From Planctomycetota bacterium (GTDB lineage: Bacteria > Planctomycetota > JAJSAM01 > JAJVHW01): 64,000 nucleotides of DNA. The position numbers and the translations under genes are program-made. Location of the stretch: assembly GCA_022072415.1 (NCBI GenBank), contig JAJVHW010000006.1:4958-68957 (forward strand), given 5' to 3'. Under the pieces are notes generated by a model. That model saw only the letters and a list, made by a program, of their open reading frames with translations, was not told the origin of the DNA and did no database searches. Below, piece after piece: positions 1 through 9,968 of the stretch (positions are counted from its first letter, which is position 1; the number at the start of each line of letters is the position of its first letter).

Positions 1-135
1 AAAGTCTAGCTCGTCCGGGCACTTCGCCTCAGCCTCCTGCCAACCGGGCGGCCCTCAGCGGTGTCCGCGAGCCAACCGGCCCTCGCCGCATCCCCGCCCC
101 GCGCGCGTCCACCGGCCCCCGTACACTCCCCGGCG

Positions 136-2565
136 ATGACGGCTGAAGCTGCGATGACCGGGCGGGCGGGGCGCGACGCGGCGATCGCGGCGGCGCTGGC
201 GCGGCACTTCGGGTTCGGGGCGCTCCGGCCGCTGCAGAGGGACGCGATCGACGCGGCGCTCGACGGGCGGGATGCGCTGGTCGTGCTGCCGACCGGCGGC
301 GGGAAGTCGCTCTGCTACCAGCTCCCGCCGCTCGTGACCGGCCGGCTCACCGTGGTCGTGTCGCCGCTCATCGCGCTGATGAAGGACCAGGTGGACGGGC
401 TGCGCCTCGCCGGCTACCCCGCGGCGGCGCTGCACTCGAACGTCACGCCGAAGGAGCGGGCCGACCTGCGTCGCATGGAAGCGGCGGGCGAGCTGCGCCT
501 GCTCTTCGTCGCGCCGGAGCGGCTGTTCGCCGACGGGTTCCTCGACTGGATCGAGGGGCTCGCGCCGGGCGCGGTCGCCATCGACGAGGCCCACTGCATC
601 AGCCAGTGGGGCCATGACTTCCGCCCGGAGTACCGCCGCCTGGCCGAGCTGCGGGACCGCTTCGAGCGCGTGCCCTTCCACGCCTACACCGCCACGGCCA
701 CGCCGCGGGTGCGGGAGGACATCGCCACGCAACTGCGCCTCCGCGATCCGGCCGTGCTGGTCGGCACGTTCGACCGCCCGAACCTGACCTACCGCGTGCT
801 GCCGCGCCACGACCTCGCGGGGCAGGTGACGGACGCGATCCGTCGGCATCCCGCCGCGGCGTCGATCGTGTACTGCATCGCGCGGAAGGACACCGAGGAG
901 CTGGCCGCGTCGCTCCGCCGCGCGGGGATCGACGCGCGCGCCTACCACGCCGGGCTCGACCCTGCCGAGCGCGCCCGGGTCAGCGAGGACTTCCGCGCGG
1001 AACGTCTGCACGTGGTGGTCGCCACGGTGGCGTTCGGCATGGGGATCGACCGGGGCGACGTGAGGCTCGTGGTGCACGGGGCGATGCCGAAGAGCGTCGA
1101 GCACTACCAGCAGGAGACGGGGCGCGCGGGGCGCGACGGGCTGCCGGCCGAGTGCCTCCTCCTCTACACGTCGGCCGACGGCGCGAAGTGGCGGTCGATC
1201 CTCGCGCGGAGCGCTGCCGAGGGCGGCGACGACCCGCCCGGCGCGGGCGAGGCCGCCGCCGCGCAGATCGAGCTCCTCTCGCACATGCAGCGCTTCGCCG
1301 GGTCCGCGCGGTGCAGGCATCGCGCGCTCAGCGAGTACTTCGGACAGGAGTACCCGCACTCCGGGTGCGGAGCGTGCGACGTCTGCCTGCGGGAGCTCGA
1401 GGAGGTGCCCGACGGGCACGTCATCGCGCAGAAGATCCTGTCGGCGGTGGCGCGCACCGGCCGGCGCTTCGGCAGCGGCTACGTGATCGACGTCCTCCGC
1501 GGCAGCCGCACGGCGAAGGTGGTCGAGCGCGGGCACGACCGGATCCCCACGTTCGGGCTGCTGAAGGAGATGCCGGCGCAGCGCATCGGCAACTTCATCG
1601 ACCAGCTCGTGGATGCCGGGGCGCTCGCACGAACGGCCGGGGAGTACCCGGTGCTCGAGTTCACCGAGGACTCGGCGCGCGTGCTCCGCGGCGAGCGGCG
1701 TGCAGTGCTCGTGACGCCCCGGGCGGGCCTCGTCGCGAAGCCGCGGCGGCGGCAGGAGGGCGCGCGGTCCGCACAAGGCGGACAGGGTGCGCGGGGCGCG
1801 CCGGAGCGAGACCTCGCGCCGGCCGAGGAGGCGCTGTTCGAAGCGCTGCGCGCGCTTCGGCGCGGGATCGCGTCGGAGCTGGGCGTGCCTCCGTACATCG
1901 TGTTCGGCGACGTGACGCTCGAGGAACTGGCGCGCGTGCGGCCGACGTCCGAGGCGGCGCTCCTGCGGGTGAAGGGCGTGGGCGCGAAGAAGCTCGAGGC
2001 GTTCGGCGCGCGGTTCCTGGCGGCCATCGCGGAGCATCCGGCGGGTCCGCAGGGCGAGGCGCTGCGGGACGCGCCCGCCGCGGCACGCGGCGATTCCGGC
2101 GGAGGTGCCGAGGATGGCGCCGATGACGATGCCGACGATCGCGCCGACGGGAGCGCGGACGGCAGCGCATGCAGCGACGGCGAGTCCGCCGGCACGTCGG
2201 CCCCGAAACGGAGCGCGTCCCGCCGACGCGCCTCGGCTCTTTTCCGCAAGGGAGCAACGTTGGATGCGGTGGCGGCGGCGACGGATCGCGCGCCTTCGAC
2301 CGTCGTGCAGTACCTCGTCGAGTTCCTGCGAGAGGAGCCGCCGGCGTCGCTCGACCCGTGGGTCGCCCCCGAGGTGCAGGCCCGCGTGCTTCCCGCGCTG
2401 GCGTCGTCGCCCGACGGCCGGCTGCGCCCGGTCTTCGATCAACTGGCCGGCGCCGCGACGTACGACCAGATCCGCATGGTCCGCGCGTTCGTCGAGGGAA
2501 AGCTGCACTCCGTGACGGGGATGTCGCCGCGGACGGTGAACGAGCACGGCGAACGGCCCGCGTGA
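136..2565 (+). CDS. recQ: ATP-dependent DNA helicase RecQ (with RQC, HRDC and C-terminal HTH)
   Basis: LPTGGGKSLCYQ, DEAHCISQWGHDFRPEY, ATVAFGMGID, QETGRAGRDG, Zn-binding CRH...CGACDVC, HRDC-like VPPYIVFGD. Start placed at ATG 136, 8 nt after TACACT. Confidence 0.96.
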   Translation: MTAEAAMTGRAGRDAAIAAALARHFGFGALRPLQRDAIDAALDGRDALVVLPTGGGKSLCYQLPPLVTGRLTVVVSPLIALMKDQVDGLRLAGYPAAALHSNVTPKERADLRRMEAAGELRLLFVAPERLFADGFLDWIEGLAPGAVAIDEAHCISQWGHDFRPEYRRLAELRDRFERVPFHAYTATATPRVREDIATQLRLRDPAVLVGTFDRPNLTYRVLPRHDLAGQVTDAIRRHPAAASIVYCIARKDTEELAASLRRAGIDARAYHAGLDPAERARVSEDFRAERLHVVVATVAFGMGIDRGDVRLVVHGAMPKSVEHYQQETGRAGRDGLPAECLLLYTSADGAKWRSILARSAAEGGDDPPGAGEAAAAQIELLSHMQRFAGSARCRHRALSEYFGQEYPHSGCGACDVCLRELEEVPDGHVIAQKILSAVARTGRRFGSGYVIDVLRGSRTAKVVERGHDRIPTFGLLKEMPAQRIGNFIDQLVDAGALARTAGEYPVLEFTEDSARVLRGERRAVLVTPRAGLVAKPRRRQEGARSAQGGQGARGAPERDLAPAEEALFEALRALRRGIASELGVPPYIVFGDVTLEELARVRPTSEAALLRVKGVGAKKLEAFGARFLAAIAEHPAGPQGEALRDAPAAARGDSGGGAEDGADDDADDRADGSADGSACSDGESAGTSAPKRSASRRRASALFRKGATLDAVAAATDRAPSTVVQYLVEFLREEPPASLDPWVAPEVQARVLPALASSPDGRLRPVFDQLAGAATYDQIRMVRAFVEGKLHSVTGMSPRTVNEHGERPA

Positions 2566-2711
2566 ACGCGGTACTCCTGACGTTCCCCGGCGAGTCGCCG
2601 CACATCACGAGATGAAGTGGAATTCCGGCGTCCGCCGGGCCATCGACACGCCTGCTGCCGAGGACGGCGCTCGCTGCTTCGCCCTGCGCCTGCACGCCGG
2701 CGGCGATCCAG

Positions 2712-4631
2712 TCACTTCCCTCCCACGTACCCGAGGCGGCGAAGCGCCTCGATCGTCCCGGCGTCGAGGTCGCGGGCGCCGCCGAGGAGGGCGGCGGCGG
2801 CGAGGCGGGTGAAGAGGTCGTCCATCAGCGAGAGGGCGCGGCGGGTCTCGGTGGCCTGTTCGACGGCGACGTCCTTCCGGTGGCGCGGGTCGCGCTCGTC
2901 CTCGTAGGCGGAGACGGACTCCTGGAGGGGCGCCTTCGCGCGGATCGCGAGGAGGGAGCCGTCGCGGATCGAGCGGAGGGAGACGGGGGTCATCGTGACC
3001 TCGGCGAGGACGGGCCGCGGGGCGATCGCGTCGGGGCGCGGGCCGGTGCCGAGGACCTGCGCGAGGAGGGACCGGCCGGAGCGCTGCGGGTCGGCGATGC
3101 GCGGGTCCTCGATGCCGCAGAGCTCCGTGAGGGTCGGGCCGACGTCGAGGAGCGTGGCGATGCCGCGGATGCGGCGGCCGCGCGACGCGGCGGGCGCAAC
3201 CGCGTCCGGCGCGCGGATCACGAGCGGCACCGAGATCACCTCGCGGTGGAGCGAGTGCCCGTGGGTCCATCCGCCGTGCTCGCAGAACTCCTCGCCGTGG
3301 TCGGCGAGGACGACGACCACCGTGTCGTCGAGCATCCCCCGCGCGCGGAGCCCGTCCACGAGCTTCCCGAACTCGCGGGACCAGCCGCGGATCTCGCCGT
3401 CGTACTGCGCCACGAGCTTCGCGCGGAAGGCGGGGTCGGGCTCCGGCGTCGTCTGGAACGGGAGGATGCCGTTGTAGCGCGGCGGTTCGGCGTACTCCTC
3501 GCCCTTCGGGAAGCCCATCGCCTCGGCGTCGGCGCGCGCGGGGACGTACGGGAGATGCGGCTCCATCGCGTGGACGTAGGCGAAGAAGGGGCGCCCGTCC
3601 TTCCTCGCCTCGTCGGCGAATGCGAGGGCGCGCTCGTGCAGGTGCGCCGCGCCGCGCTCCTCGCGGACGCCCACTCCGAACGGGCGGCCGGCGAGCGAGA
3701 GGACGCGCGTCATGAAGAGCGCCTTGCCGAGGAGCGTGCCGTTCACGACGACGCTCGGCGCGACGCCCTCGAAGCGCTCGAAGCCCTGTCCGAGCCCGAA
3801 CTCCTCGGAGACGAACGGGTTGTCCACGAACGCCGCGGTGCGCCATCCGGCCGCGCGGAACGTCTCCGAGATCGTGACCGCCTCCGGCACGAGCACGTCC
3901 CGCTGCTCGATGCACGCGTGCGTCGTCGGGTACATCGACGTGAAGAGCGACGCCACCGAGGGCTTCGTCCACGAAGTCACGGCGCGCGCGTCGTTGAAGG
4001 CGACCGCGTCCTTCGCGAACGCGTCGAACTCGGGGCTCGTCGGCTTCGCGTACCCGTGGAAGGAGAGATGGTCCGCGCGGAGCGTGTCCACGAGCACGAC
4101 GAGCACGTTCGGCCGCGGCTTCCCGCCGGCCGGGCCGCGCACCAGCGGCGCGTCGCCTTCGCCGCGGGGCGGGAGGACGAACCCGAAGAGCGCCGCGATG
4201 CCGAGCGACGCGATGGCGAGGAGCGCCCATCGTCCGCCGTGCGTCGCGTCGGCGCCCGGGGACCGGTAGCGCACCGTCACGAGGCCGGCGGCCGCGGCGA
4301 AGAGGAGCAGATCGACGAAGATCGAAAGCGGAGACGTGAAGCCGTCGAGCGCGGCCACGTTGATCCAGGCGGTGACGAAGAACCACACCGCGCCGCCCGC
4401 GAGGAGCAGGTCGAGCATGCGGAACGGCCACGCGAACCGCCGCGCCACGAGCACCGCCGCGGCGCCGAGCGGCGCGAACCATCCCGCGTAGAAGAGGACG
4501 ACCTTCCACCCGTGGTGCGGCTGGAGCACCTCGTGGGAGCTCCCGAGCGCGCGGCCCACGTCGAGGAGTCCCGCGAACGCGCCCGCCGCGGCACCCTGGA
4601 GGACGCCCCGCAGGATCGACGGCTTCCGCAT
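2712..4631 (-). CDS. Sulfatase/alkaline phosphatase-superfamily hydrolase with N-terminal membrane domain
   Basis: PNVLVVLVDTLRADHL, SWTKPSVASLFTS, ADHGEEF..HGH; about 5 hydrophobic N-terminal segments. ATG 4631 lies 5 nt from the kynA stop. Confidence 0.88.
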   Translation of the reverse strand: MRKPSILRGVLQGAAAGAFAGLLDVGRALGSSHEVLQPHHGWKVVLFYAGWFAPLGAAAVLVARRFAWPFRMLDLLLAGGAVWFFVTAWINVAALDGFTSPLSIFVDLLLFAAAAGLVTVRYRSPGADATHGGRWALLAIASLGIAALFGFVLPPRGEGDAPLVRGPAGGKPRPNVLVVLVDTLRADHLSFHGYAKPTSPEFDAFAKDAVAFNDARAVTSWTKPSVASLFTSMYPTTHACIEQRDVLVPEAVTISETFRAAGWRTAAFVDNPFVSEEFGLGQGFERFEGVAPSVVVNGTLLGKALFMTRVLSLAGRPFGVGVREERGAAHLHERALAFADEARKDGRPFFAYVHAMEPHLPYVPARADAEAMGFPKGEEYAEPPRYNGILPFQTTPEPDPAFRAKLVAQYDGEIRGWSREFGKLVDGLRARGMLDDTVVVVLADHGEEFCEHGGWTHGHSLHREVISVPLVIRAPDAVAPAASRGRRIRGIATLLDVGPTLTELCGIEDPRIADPQRSGRSLLAQVLGTGPRPDAIAPRPVLAEVTMTPVSLRSIRDGSLLAIRAKAPLQESVSAYEDERDPRHRKDVAVEQATETRRALSLMDDLFTRLAAAALLGGARDLDAGTIEALRRLGYVGGK

Positions 4632-4635
4632 CCCG

Positions 4636-5784
4636 TCAGCCCCCGAACCGGTAGTCGTAGAAGGACGTGTCGCCCGGCGCCGGCAGCGCGCCCTTCCGGA
4701 GCAGGATCGTGCGCACGGCCCAGAGATCCTTGAACACGCGGTAGCGGAGCGCCGTGGAGTCGAGGTACGCGACACCCTCCGAACCGCCCGTCCCCGGCCG
4801 CGAACCGATCTCGCGCTCGACCATGCGCGCGTGCCGCTGGCGGAAGATGAGCATCGACTGCTCGAGCGCGACCAGCGAGTCGAGGAGTTCCCGCGGCCAC
4901 GCGAGGAGCGGCAGGTCGCGGTAGCTCTCGATGAAGAGGATCGCCGCGCGGATGCGGCTGCGCCGCGCGCGCTCGGCGTCGGACGTGCCCTCGGGGAGGT
5001 CCGCGGCGCGGAGGAAGTCGCGGGCCCGGGCGACCTCCGCGCGGTAGCGCGCGGCGAGTGCGCTCCGCGCCGCGGGGTCCTCGAGCTGGAGCGCCGCACG
5101 CGCGTCGGGATCGCCGATGTCCCGCTCCATCGCGGTCACGTAGTCCGCGCAGAAGCCCGCCACGACGGCGGCATCGCCCGCATCCCCCGGACGGCTCCCG
5201 AGGATCGGCGTGCGATGGAGCCACCGCTCGAGCACGACCAGGATCGGCGGGCCGGACTCGCGGAGCGCGTCGAGGCGCGACTTGCTGCCGCTCGCCGAGC
5301 CGTCGGCGTTCATGAGCGCGCGGTCCTGCGAACCCTTCCCGCCGTAGCCGATTCGCGCCGCCTCGTCGAGCCCGAGGATCGCCTCCACCTCGCGGAACTG
5401 GCCGGACTGGAAGCCGCTCGCGCGCATCAGCTTCTCGCGGAAGTCGAGGAAGTCGCGCGTCGAGAGCGTCTCCATCACGCGCCAGTGCTGCGCGGCGATC
5501 TCGAAGATGACCCCCACGCGGCGGAGCGAGTGGACGGCCACGCTCATCCGCTGGTCGGGCACGAACTCCGGGAGCAGCTCGTCGCGGATCCCGCGGAGTT
5601 CGCGGATCGCCAGCTTGAACCAGAGCTCGTAGATCTGGTGGACGACGATGAAGAGTTCCTCGTGCGTCGAGACCGGCGCGCCGCCGACCCCGCCCTGGAG
5701 CGAGAGCAGAGCGTCCACGCGGAGATAGTCCCAGTAGCTCGTCGCCCGCGGTCCGGCTGCGCCGGGGTGGTCGGGTGCGGTCAT
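4636..5784 (-). CDS. kynA: Tryptophan 2,3-dioxygenase (long form, 382 aa)
   Basis: YWDYLRVDALLSLQ, HEELFIVVHQIYELWFK, ASGFQSGQFR, RHARMVER.IG.RPGTGGS.G..YL; ATGA overlap with the upstream gene. Confidence 0.94.
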   Translation of the reverse strand: MTAPDHPGAAGPRATSYWDYLRVDALLSLQGGVGGAPVSTHEELFIVVHQIYELWFKLAIRELRGIRDELLPEFVPDQRMSVAVHSLRRVGVIFEIAAQHWRVMETLSTRDFLDFREKLMRASGFQSGQFREVEAILGLDEAARIGYGGKGSQDRALMNADGSASGSKSRLDALRESGPPILVVLERWLHRTPILGSRPGDAGDAAVVAGFCADYVTAMERDIGDPDARAALQLEDPAARSALAARYRAEVARARDFLRAADLPEGTSDAERARRSRIRAAILFIESYRDLPLLAWPRELLDSLVALEQSMLIFRQRHARMVEREIGSRPGTGGSEGVAYLDSTALRYRVFKDLWAVRTILLRKGALPAPGDTSFYDYRFGG

Positions 5785-6881
5785 TGGATCTCCTGTCTGA
5801 CCTCGGGGACGTCCCGGACGAGCATCCCCGAGACCCGCGCGGCGACGAGCGCGGCCCACGCCATGGCGAACCGCACGCCGAACAGGACGAAGCGGAGCAG
5901 GTCGCGGCCGAAGGTGTGGTCCTCGATCGTCGCGCCGCGCTCCGGCGACGGGTTGAACGTGCCGGAGAGCACGGCCGCGATCCCGAAGAGCCCGAGGAAG
6001 GCCGCGGTCGGCGCCACGGCGATCTTCGCCGCGAACGCGTTCTTCCTCCACGCGCGGAGCGAACGGGTCGGGAGCGCGCCGGACGCGTCGTCGCGGAGGA
6101 CCGTCGCGGCGTGCGCGAACGGCAGGTGGAGCGTGGCGGCGACGAGGCACGCGGCGAGCACCGCGGCCGTGAGCCAGGAAGGCGCGCCGAAGGCGGACTG
6201 GACCGACATCCAGAGCCCGGCGGGAAGCATCCCCACCGCGAGGCAGACCACGAAGAGCCCCGCCGCCGTGCGCCGGTCCATCGGATCGAGTTCGTCGGTG
6301 AAGCCCGCGACGGGCCGGTCCTCGATCGTGGCCTTCGTGATGCGGCGGGACCAGAGCCCGAGCACGGCGAACGCGGGGATCCAGAGCGCGCCGCGGAGCC
6401 ACATCAGGTAGTGGCGCGAGTCCTTCGTGGAGCCGCCCTCGACCCACGACATGAAGAGGAAGAGCGCCGCGAGCATGAACGTGGCCGGGAGGACGCCGGG
6501 GGCCACGGGCGTGCGGAGGATCTCGAGCCACGGGGACTCGGACGGCGCGCCCGGGTCCGCGGGCGCCGGCGCGGACGGCGCTGCGACGGCGGGTGCGGCG
6601 CTCTCGACAGTCGGCTGCGGTTCGGACGCGGGTGCCTCCGCGACGGGCTCCGTGCCGGGCGTCGCATCGGGCGAAGCGCCGTTCGTTGCGCCAAGCGTTG
6701 CGCCTAGCGTTGCGTCGGGCGTCGCGGGCGGAGGGCTCCCCGCCGGCTCCATCTCGAGCGGCGCCGACCCGGACGAATCGCCGCCGGTCGCGTCGGGCGG
6801 CTCGTCCGCGTGCGTCGGTCGGACAGGACCCGCGCGGCGCGGCTCGGGGTCCCCCGGCTCGAGCTCCAGCGGCCCGGTCAT
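5781..6881 (-). CDS. Hypothetical polytopic membrane protein with Pro/Ala-rich N-terminus
   Basis: ATGA-coupled at both ends; about 6 hydrophobic segments after a low-complexity N-terminus. Confidence 0.75.
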   Translation of the reverse strand: MTGPLELEPGDPEPRRAGPVRPTHADEPPDATGGDSSGSAPLEMEPAGSPPPATPDATLGATLGATNGASPDATPGTEPVAEAPASEPQPTVESAAPAVAAPSAPAPADPGAPSESPWLEILRTPVAPGVLPATFMLAALFLFMSWVEGGSTKDSRHYLMWLRGALWIPAFAVLGLWSRRITKATIEDRPVAGFTDELDPMDRRTAAGLFVVCLAVGMLPAGLWMSVQSAFGAPSWLTAAVLAACLVAATLHLPFAHAATVLRDDASGALPTRSLRAWRKNAFAAKIAVAPTAAFLGLFGIAAVLSGTFNPSPERGATIEDHTFGRDLLRFVLFGVRFAMAWAALVAARVSGMLVRDVPEVRQEIQ

Positions 6882-7279
6882 CGGACCGCGGGGAAGAGCT
6901 CGCGGAACGCCACCGACTCGGGGGAGAGGAAGACGATCTCGAGGCCCGGCAGGCGCTTCACCGGCAGCCAGGCGTTCCACGACACGCCGTCGGACTCGTC
7001 CTCGCTCAGCGCGTTCCGGTTCACGCTGAACACGTCCTTGAAGCACCCGCGGATCGGGCCTTCCGGAACGCACTGGATCACCTGGTACTCGTCCTGCACG
7101 CGGTGGACGAACACCTCTCCGTGCGACGACTTCCACGGTTCGCCGAGGCGGAGCGGCTGGACGCTCCCCGGGGAGACCGGCGCGGCGGTGCTGCCGCCCT
7201 GCGAGGCGCAGGCGGCGAGCGTCGCGGCAATCGAGAGGACGAGCACGACGTGCGGCGCCTTCTTCACGGCGGGGTGCAT
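6878..7279 (-). CDS. Hypothetical lipoprotein
   Basis: Signal peptide with lipobox TLAA-C; GGAGG RBS; ATGA overlap downstream. Confidence 0.8.
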   Translation of the reverse strand: MHPAVKKAPHVVLVLSIAATLAACASQGGSTAAPVSPGSVQPLRLGEPWKSSHGEVFVHRVQDEYQVIQCVPEGPIRGCFKDVFSVNRNALSEDESDGVSWNAWLPVKRLPGLEIVFLSPESVAFRELFPAVR

Positions 7280-7319
7280 GGGGCCTCCTTCGCGGCGGGA
7301 CGGCAGGGAGTGTACTCCA

Positions 7320-9191
7320 TCACCGCCCGGAGAGCTTCTCCTCGGTCAGCGTCCCGTCGTCCTGCCGGATGACGTACGCCCGGCGCCCCGCCACGTCGCG
7401 GAACTCGTGCGACGTGCCGCCCGGCCACTGGATCACGACCTTCCGCGCGGCGGGCTCCGCGCCGAGCCCGAAGAAGAAGCGCGGATCGTTGTCGCCGCAG
7501 AACGAGTCGCCGTAGTGGAGCTCGCGGACCTGCACCGAGCCGTCGGCCATGGTGACGAGGACCCGCGCCCCGGCCGGCGTCGTGAGGGGCTTCTTCCCGT
7601 CGAGGCGGAACCGCAGGAACGAGTTCCTGTTCCCCCCGTCGTTCCGGAAGAGCGCCGCCTTCCCGTTGAGCGCGCCGACCCACACGTCCTCGTCGCCGTC
7701 GTCGTCGAAGTCGGCGAAGGTCGCGCCGCGCCAGACGCGCTTCAGGCCGAACGCGGGCCCGGCGTCGTCGGTCACGTCCCGGAGCATCCGCGCGGTCGTG
7801 CCGTCGTTCCGGAGCACCTGGCAGCGCTGCGCGTAGCTCGTCTGCGTCGTCTTCTCGAAGTCGTCCATCTCGCCGTAGACGTGCCCGCACGCGGTGAAGT
7901 AGTCGAGCCATCCGTCGAGGTCGAAGTCCACGAACTTGACGCCCCAGCTCAGGCGGAAGTAGCTCGGCTGCGCGAGCCCCACGGCGTGCGTGCTGTCGGT
8001 GAACGAGATCACGCGGCTCCCGTCGGGGCGGCGGGTGCGTCCGGTCTTGTTCAGGTAGATGGTGTTGTAGTCGTGGGAGAAGTTGGTCACGGTGAGGTCG
8101 AGCCAGCCGTCGCGGTCGTAGTCCGCGGCGTCCACGCCCATGCACGCCTGCTCCAGCATGTCGCGGTTCATGGCGACGCCCGCCTGGAGGGCCAGGTCCT
8201 CGAAGACGCCCTTCCCGTCGTTCACCCAGAGGTGGTTCGACTGCGTGTCGTTCGCCACGAAGATGTCGAGGTCGCCGTCGTTGTCCACGTCGGTCATGAC
8301 GGGGGAGAAGCCGTAGTAGGCCTTCTGGTTCCGGAGGCGCGCCTTCGATTCGTCGGAGAACGTGCCGTCGCCGCGGCCGATCCAGAGACGGTCGAGCTGT
8401 CCCGTGAGTCCCGCGGGGCCCACGTACACCTTGTGACCGCGCCAGGTCGCGTTCCGTCCGCCGATCCCGGCCTTCCGGCACTCGTCGATGTACGCCTTCT
8501 GGTCGGAGTAGTTCGCCGCGTAGATGTCGAGGATCCCGTCGCCGTTCACGTCGCCGAGCGCGCAGGAGGTCGTCATCTCCCAGTCGCCGCCCGCGACGTC
8601 CGCGCGGTCCGTGATGTCCTCGAACGTGCCGTCGCCGCGGTTCCTGTACAGGCGGTTCCGGCCCCAGCAGCAGATGTACAGGTCCGGCCAGCCGTCGCCG
8701 TCCACGTCGCCGGCCGCGCCGCCGAACCCGAACGCCTGGAGGTCGATTCCCGCGGCCTTCGTCACCTCGGTGAACTTCATCCCGCCTTCGTTGCGGAAGA
8801 GGCGCGTGCGGGCCTCGTCGAGGTACTCGAGGACGCCCTGGTCGGTCAGCATCGTGCCGTCCACCACGCAGAGGTCCATGTCGCCGTCGCGGTCGTAGTC
8901 GAACGCGATCGCGGCGGCGCCCATGCCGGAGACGATCCAGTCCTTCTTCGCCGGCTTCCCGGTGTGGTTCATGGTCGCGACGCCCGCCTCCTCGGCGACG
9001 TCCACGAACGTCGGGAACGGGGCGGCCGCGGGCTTCGCGGGCGGGCGCTCCGCCGGGGCCTGAGCGGGGGTCGGCGGCGCATCGGGCGAACTGGGCGCGA
9101 CGGGCGCGGGCGCGGAGTCGCACGCCGCGAGCGCGAGGGCCGCTCCCGCCGCGGCGAACATGCGGCTCGAGCGGTTCCGGGTCAGCTTCAC
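7320..9191 (-). CDS. CRTAC1-family (FG-GAP/VCBS repeats + ASPIC/UnbV) lipoprotein
   Basis: Repeated DxDxDGxxD motifs, NRLYRNRGDGTFED, C-terminal FFGLG...VIQWPGG; lipobox LAA-C; GTG start with GGAGGAG RBS overlapping the upstream stop. Confidence 0.9.
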   Translation of the reverse strand: MKLTRNRSSRMFAAAGAALALAACDSAPAPVAPSSPDAPPTPAQAPAERPPAKPAAAPFPTFVDVAEEAGVATMNHTGKPAKKDWIVSGMGAAAIAFDYDRDGDMDLCVVDGTMLTDQGVLEYLDEARTRLFRNEGGMKFTEVTKAAGIDLQAFGFGGAAGDVDGDGWPDLYICCWGRNRLYRNRGDGTFEDITDRADVAGGDWEMTTSCALGDVNGDGILDIYAANYSDQKAYIDECRKAGIGGRNATWRGHKVYVGPAGLTGQLDRLWIGRGDGTFSDESKARLRNQKAYYGFSPVMTDVDNDGDLDIFVANDTQSNHLWVNDGKGVFEDLALQAGVAMNRDMLEQACMGVDAADYDRDGWLDLTVTNFSHDYNTIYLNKTGRTRRPDGSRVISFTDSTHAVGLAQPSYFRLSWGVKFVDFDLDGWLDYFTACGHVYGEMDDFEKTTQTSYAQRCQVLRNDGTTARMLRDVTDDAGPAFGLKRVWRGATFADFDDDGDEDVWVGALNGKAALFRNDGGNRNSFLRFRLDGKKPLTTPAGARVLVTMADGSVQVRELHYGDSFCGDNDPRFFFGLGAEPAARKVVIQWPGGTSHEFRDVAGRRAYVIRQDDGTLTEEKLSGR

Positions 9192-9391
9192 GGCTCCTCC
9201 GAATCCGCCCGACGGGCGTCCCACATCTGCTTCACGCGCGCGAGGAAGTAGACGACCGCGGAGAGGACGAGCACGCCCGTCCCCGTCGTCTGCCACCGCT
9301 CGCCCCCGGCGAGCAGGATCGCCGCTCCGGCGACGAGGAGGACGCACGCGGCGACCATGCCTGCGTTCAAGCGGAACGTGAAGGGGAGCAC
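9188..9391 (-). CDS. Small 2-TM membrane protein
   Basis: Two hydrophobic helices; its stop overlaps the CRTAC1 start (GTGA). Start uncertain. Confidence 0.6.
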   Translation of the reverse strand: MLPFTFRLNAGMVAACVLLVAGAAILLAGGERWQTTGTGVLVLSAVVYFLARVKQMWDARRADSEEP

Positions 9392-9547
9392 GGGCCGGAA
9401 GGTATCCGTCCCGCCCGCGGAATTCGACGTCCGCAGGGCGGGTCCCGGGCGGTGCGCCCGCGCGAACCGCGCGCGAGTCGGGATTTCCGACGGGAACCGG
9501 CGGGCGGCGGAGCATGGTACGGCGTCGTGACCCGGGAGGGCCTGGGG

Positions 9548-9934
9548 TTGCCCGATCTCACCCTGAAGTGCCGAGACTGCGGAGCCGACTTCGTCTTCAG
9601 CGAGGGCGACCAGAGCCGATTCGCGGAGCACGGCTACGCGCCGCCCCGGCGATGCAAGTCCTGCCGCGCGAGGCAGCGCACGCGCGCGGCCAGCACCGGC
9701 ACCGGCGTCGGCACCGGCGATTCGGGGAGGGCTCCCGGCGGCGTTCCCCAGGGGACCCCCGCGCCCGGCGGCGGCGCCGCGGGGGCGGACACGCCTCGCT
9801 CCCGCCCGAAGCCCGCGGGGCCGATGCACGACACCCGGTGCAGCGAGTGCGACGCGCCGACGCAGGTGCCGTTCGTGCCGGACGGACTTCGTCCGGTGTT
9901 CTGCCTCGCCTGCCTGAAGAAGCGCACGCGCTGA
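9548..9934 (+). CDS. Zinc-ribbon protein (zf-trcl-like + CxxC-x17-CxxC domain)
   Basis: LKCRDCGADFVFS..Q..F...GY.PPRRCKSCR and CSEC...TQVPFVP...RPVFCLAC; TTG start after GGGAGG. Confidence 0.88.
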   Translation: MPDLTLKCRDCGADFVFSEGDQSRFAEHGYAPPRRCKSCRARQRTRAASTGTGVGTGDSGRAPGGVPQGTPAPGGGAAGADTPRSRPKPAGPMHDTRCSECDAPTQVPFVPDGLRPVFCLACLKKRTR

Positions 9935-9968
9935 CGACGGCTCTCCGGCGCGGTCGCGGCGTGACGCC

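Noticed and set aside
1..75. Structured-looking sequence at the window edge, considered as an ncRNA or riboswitch
   Set aside because: Truncated, and I could match no family consensus. It would need cmscan with upstream sequence.
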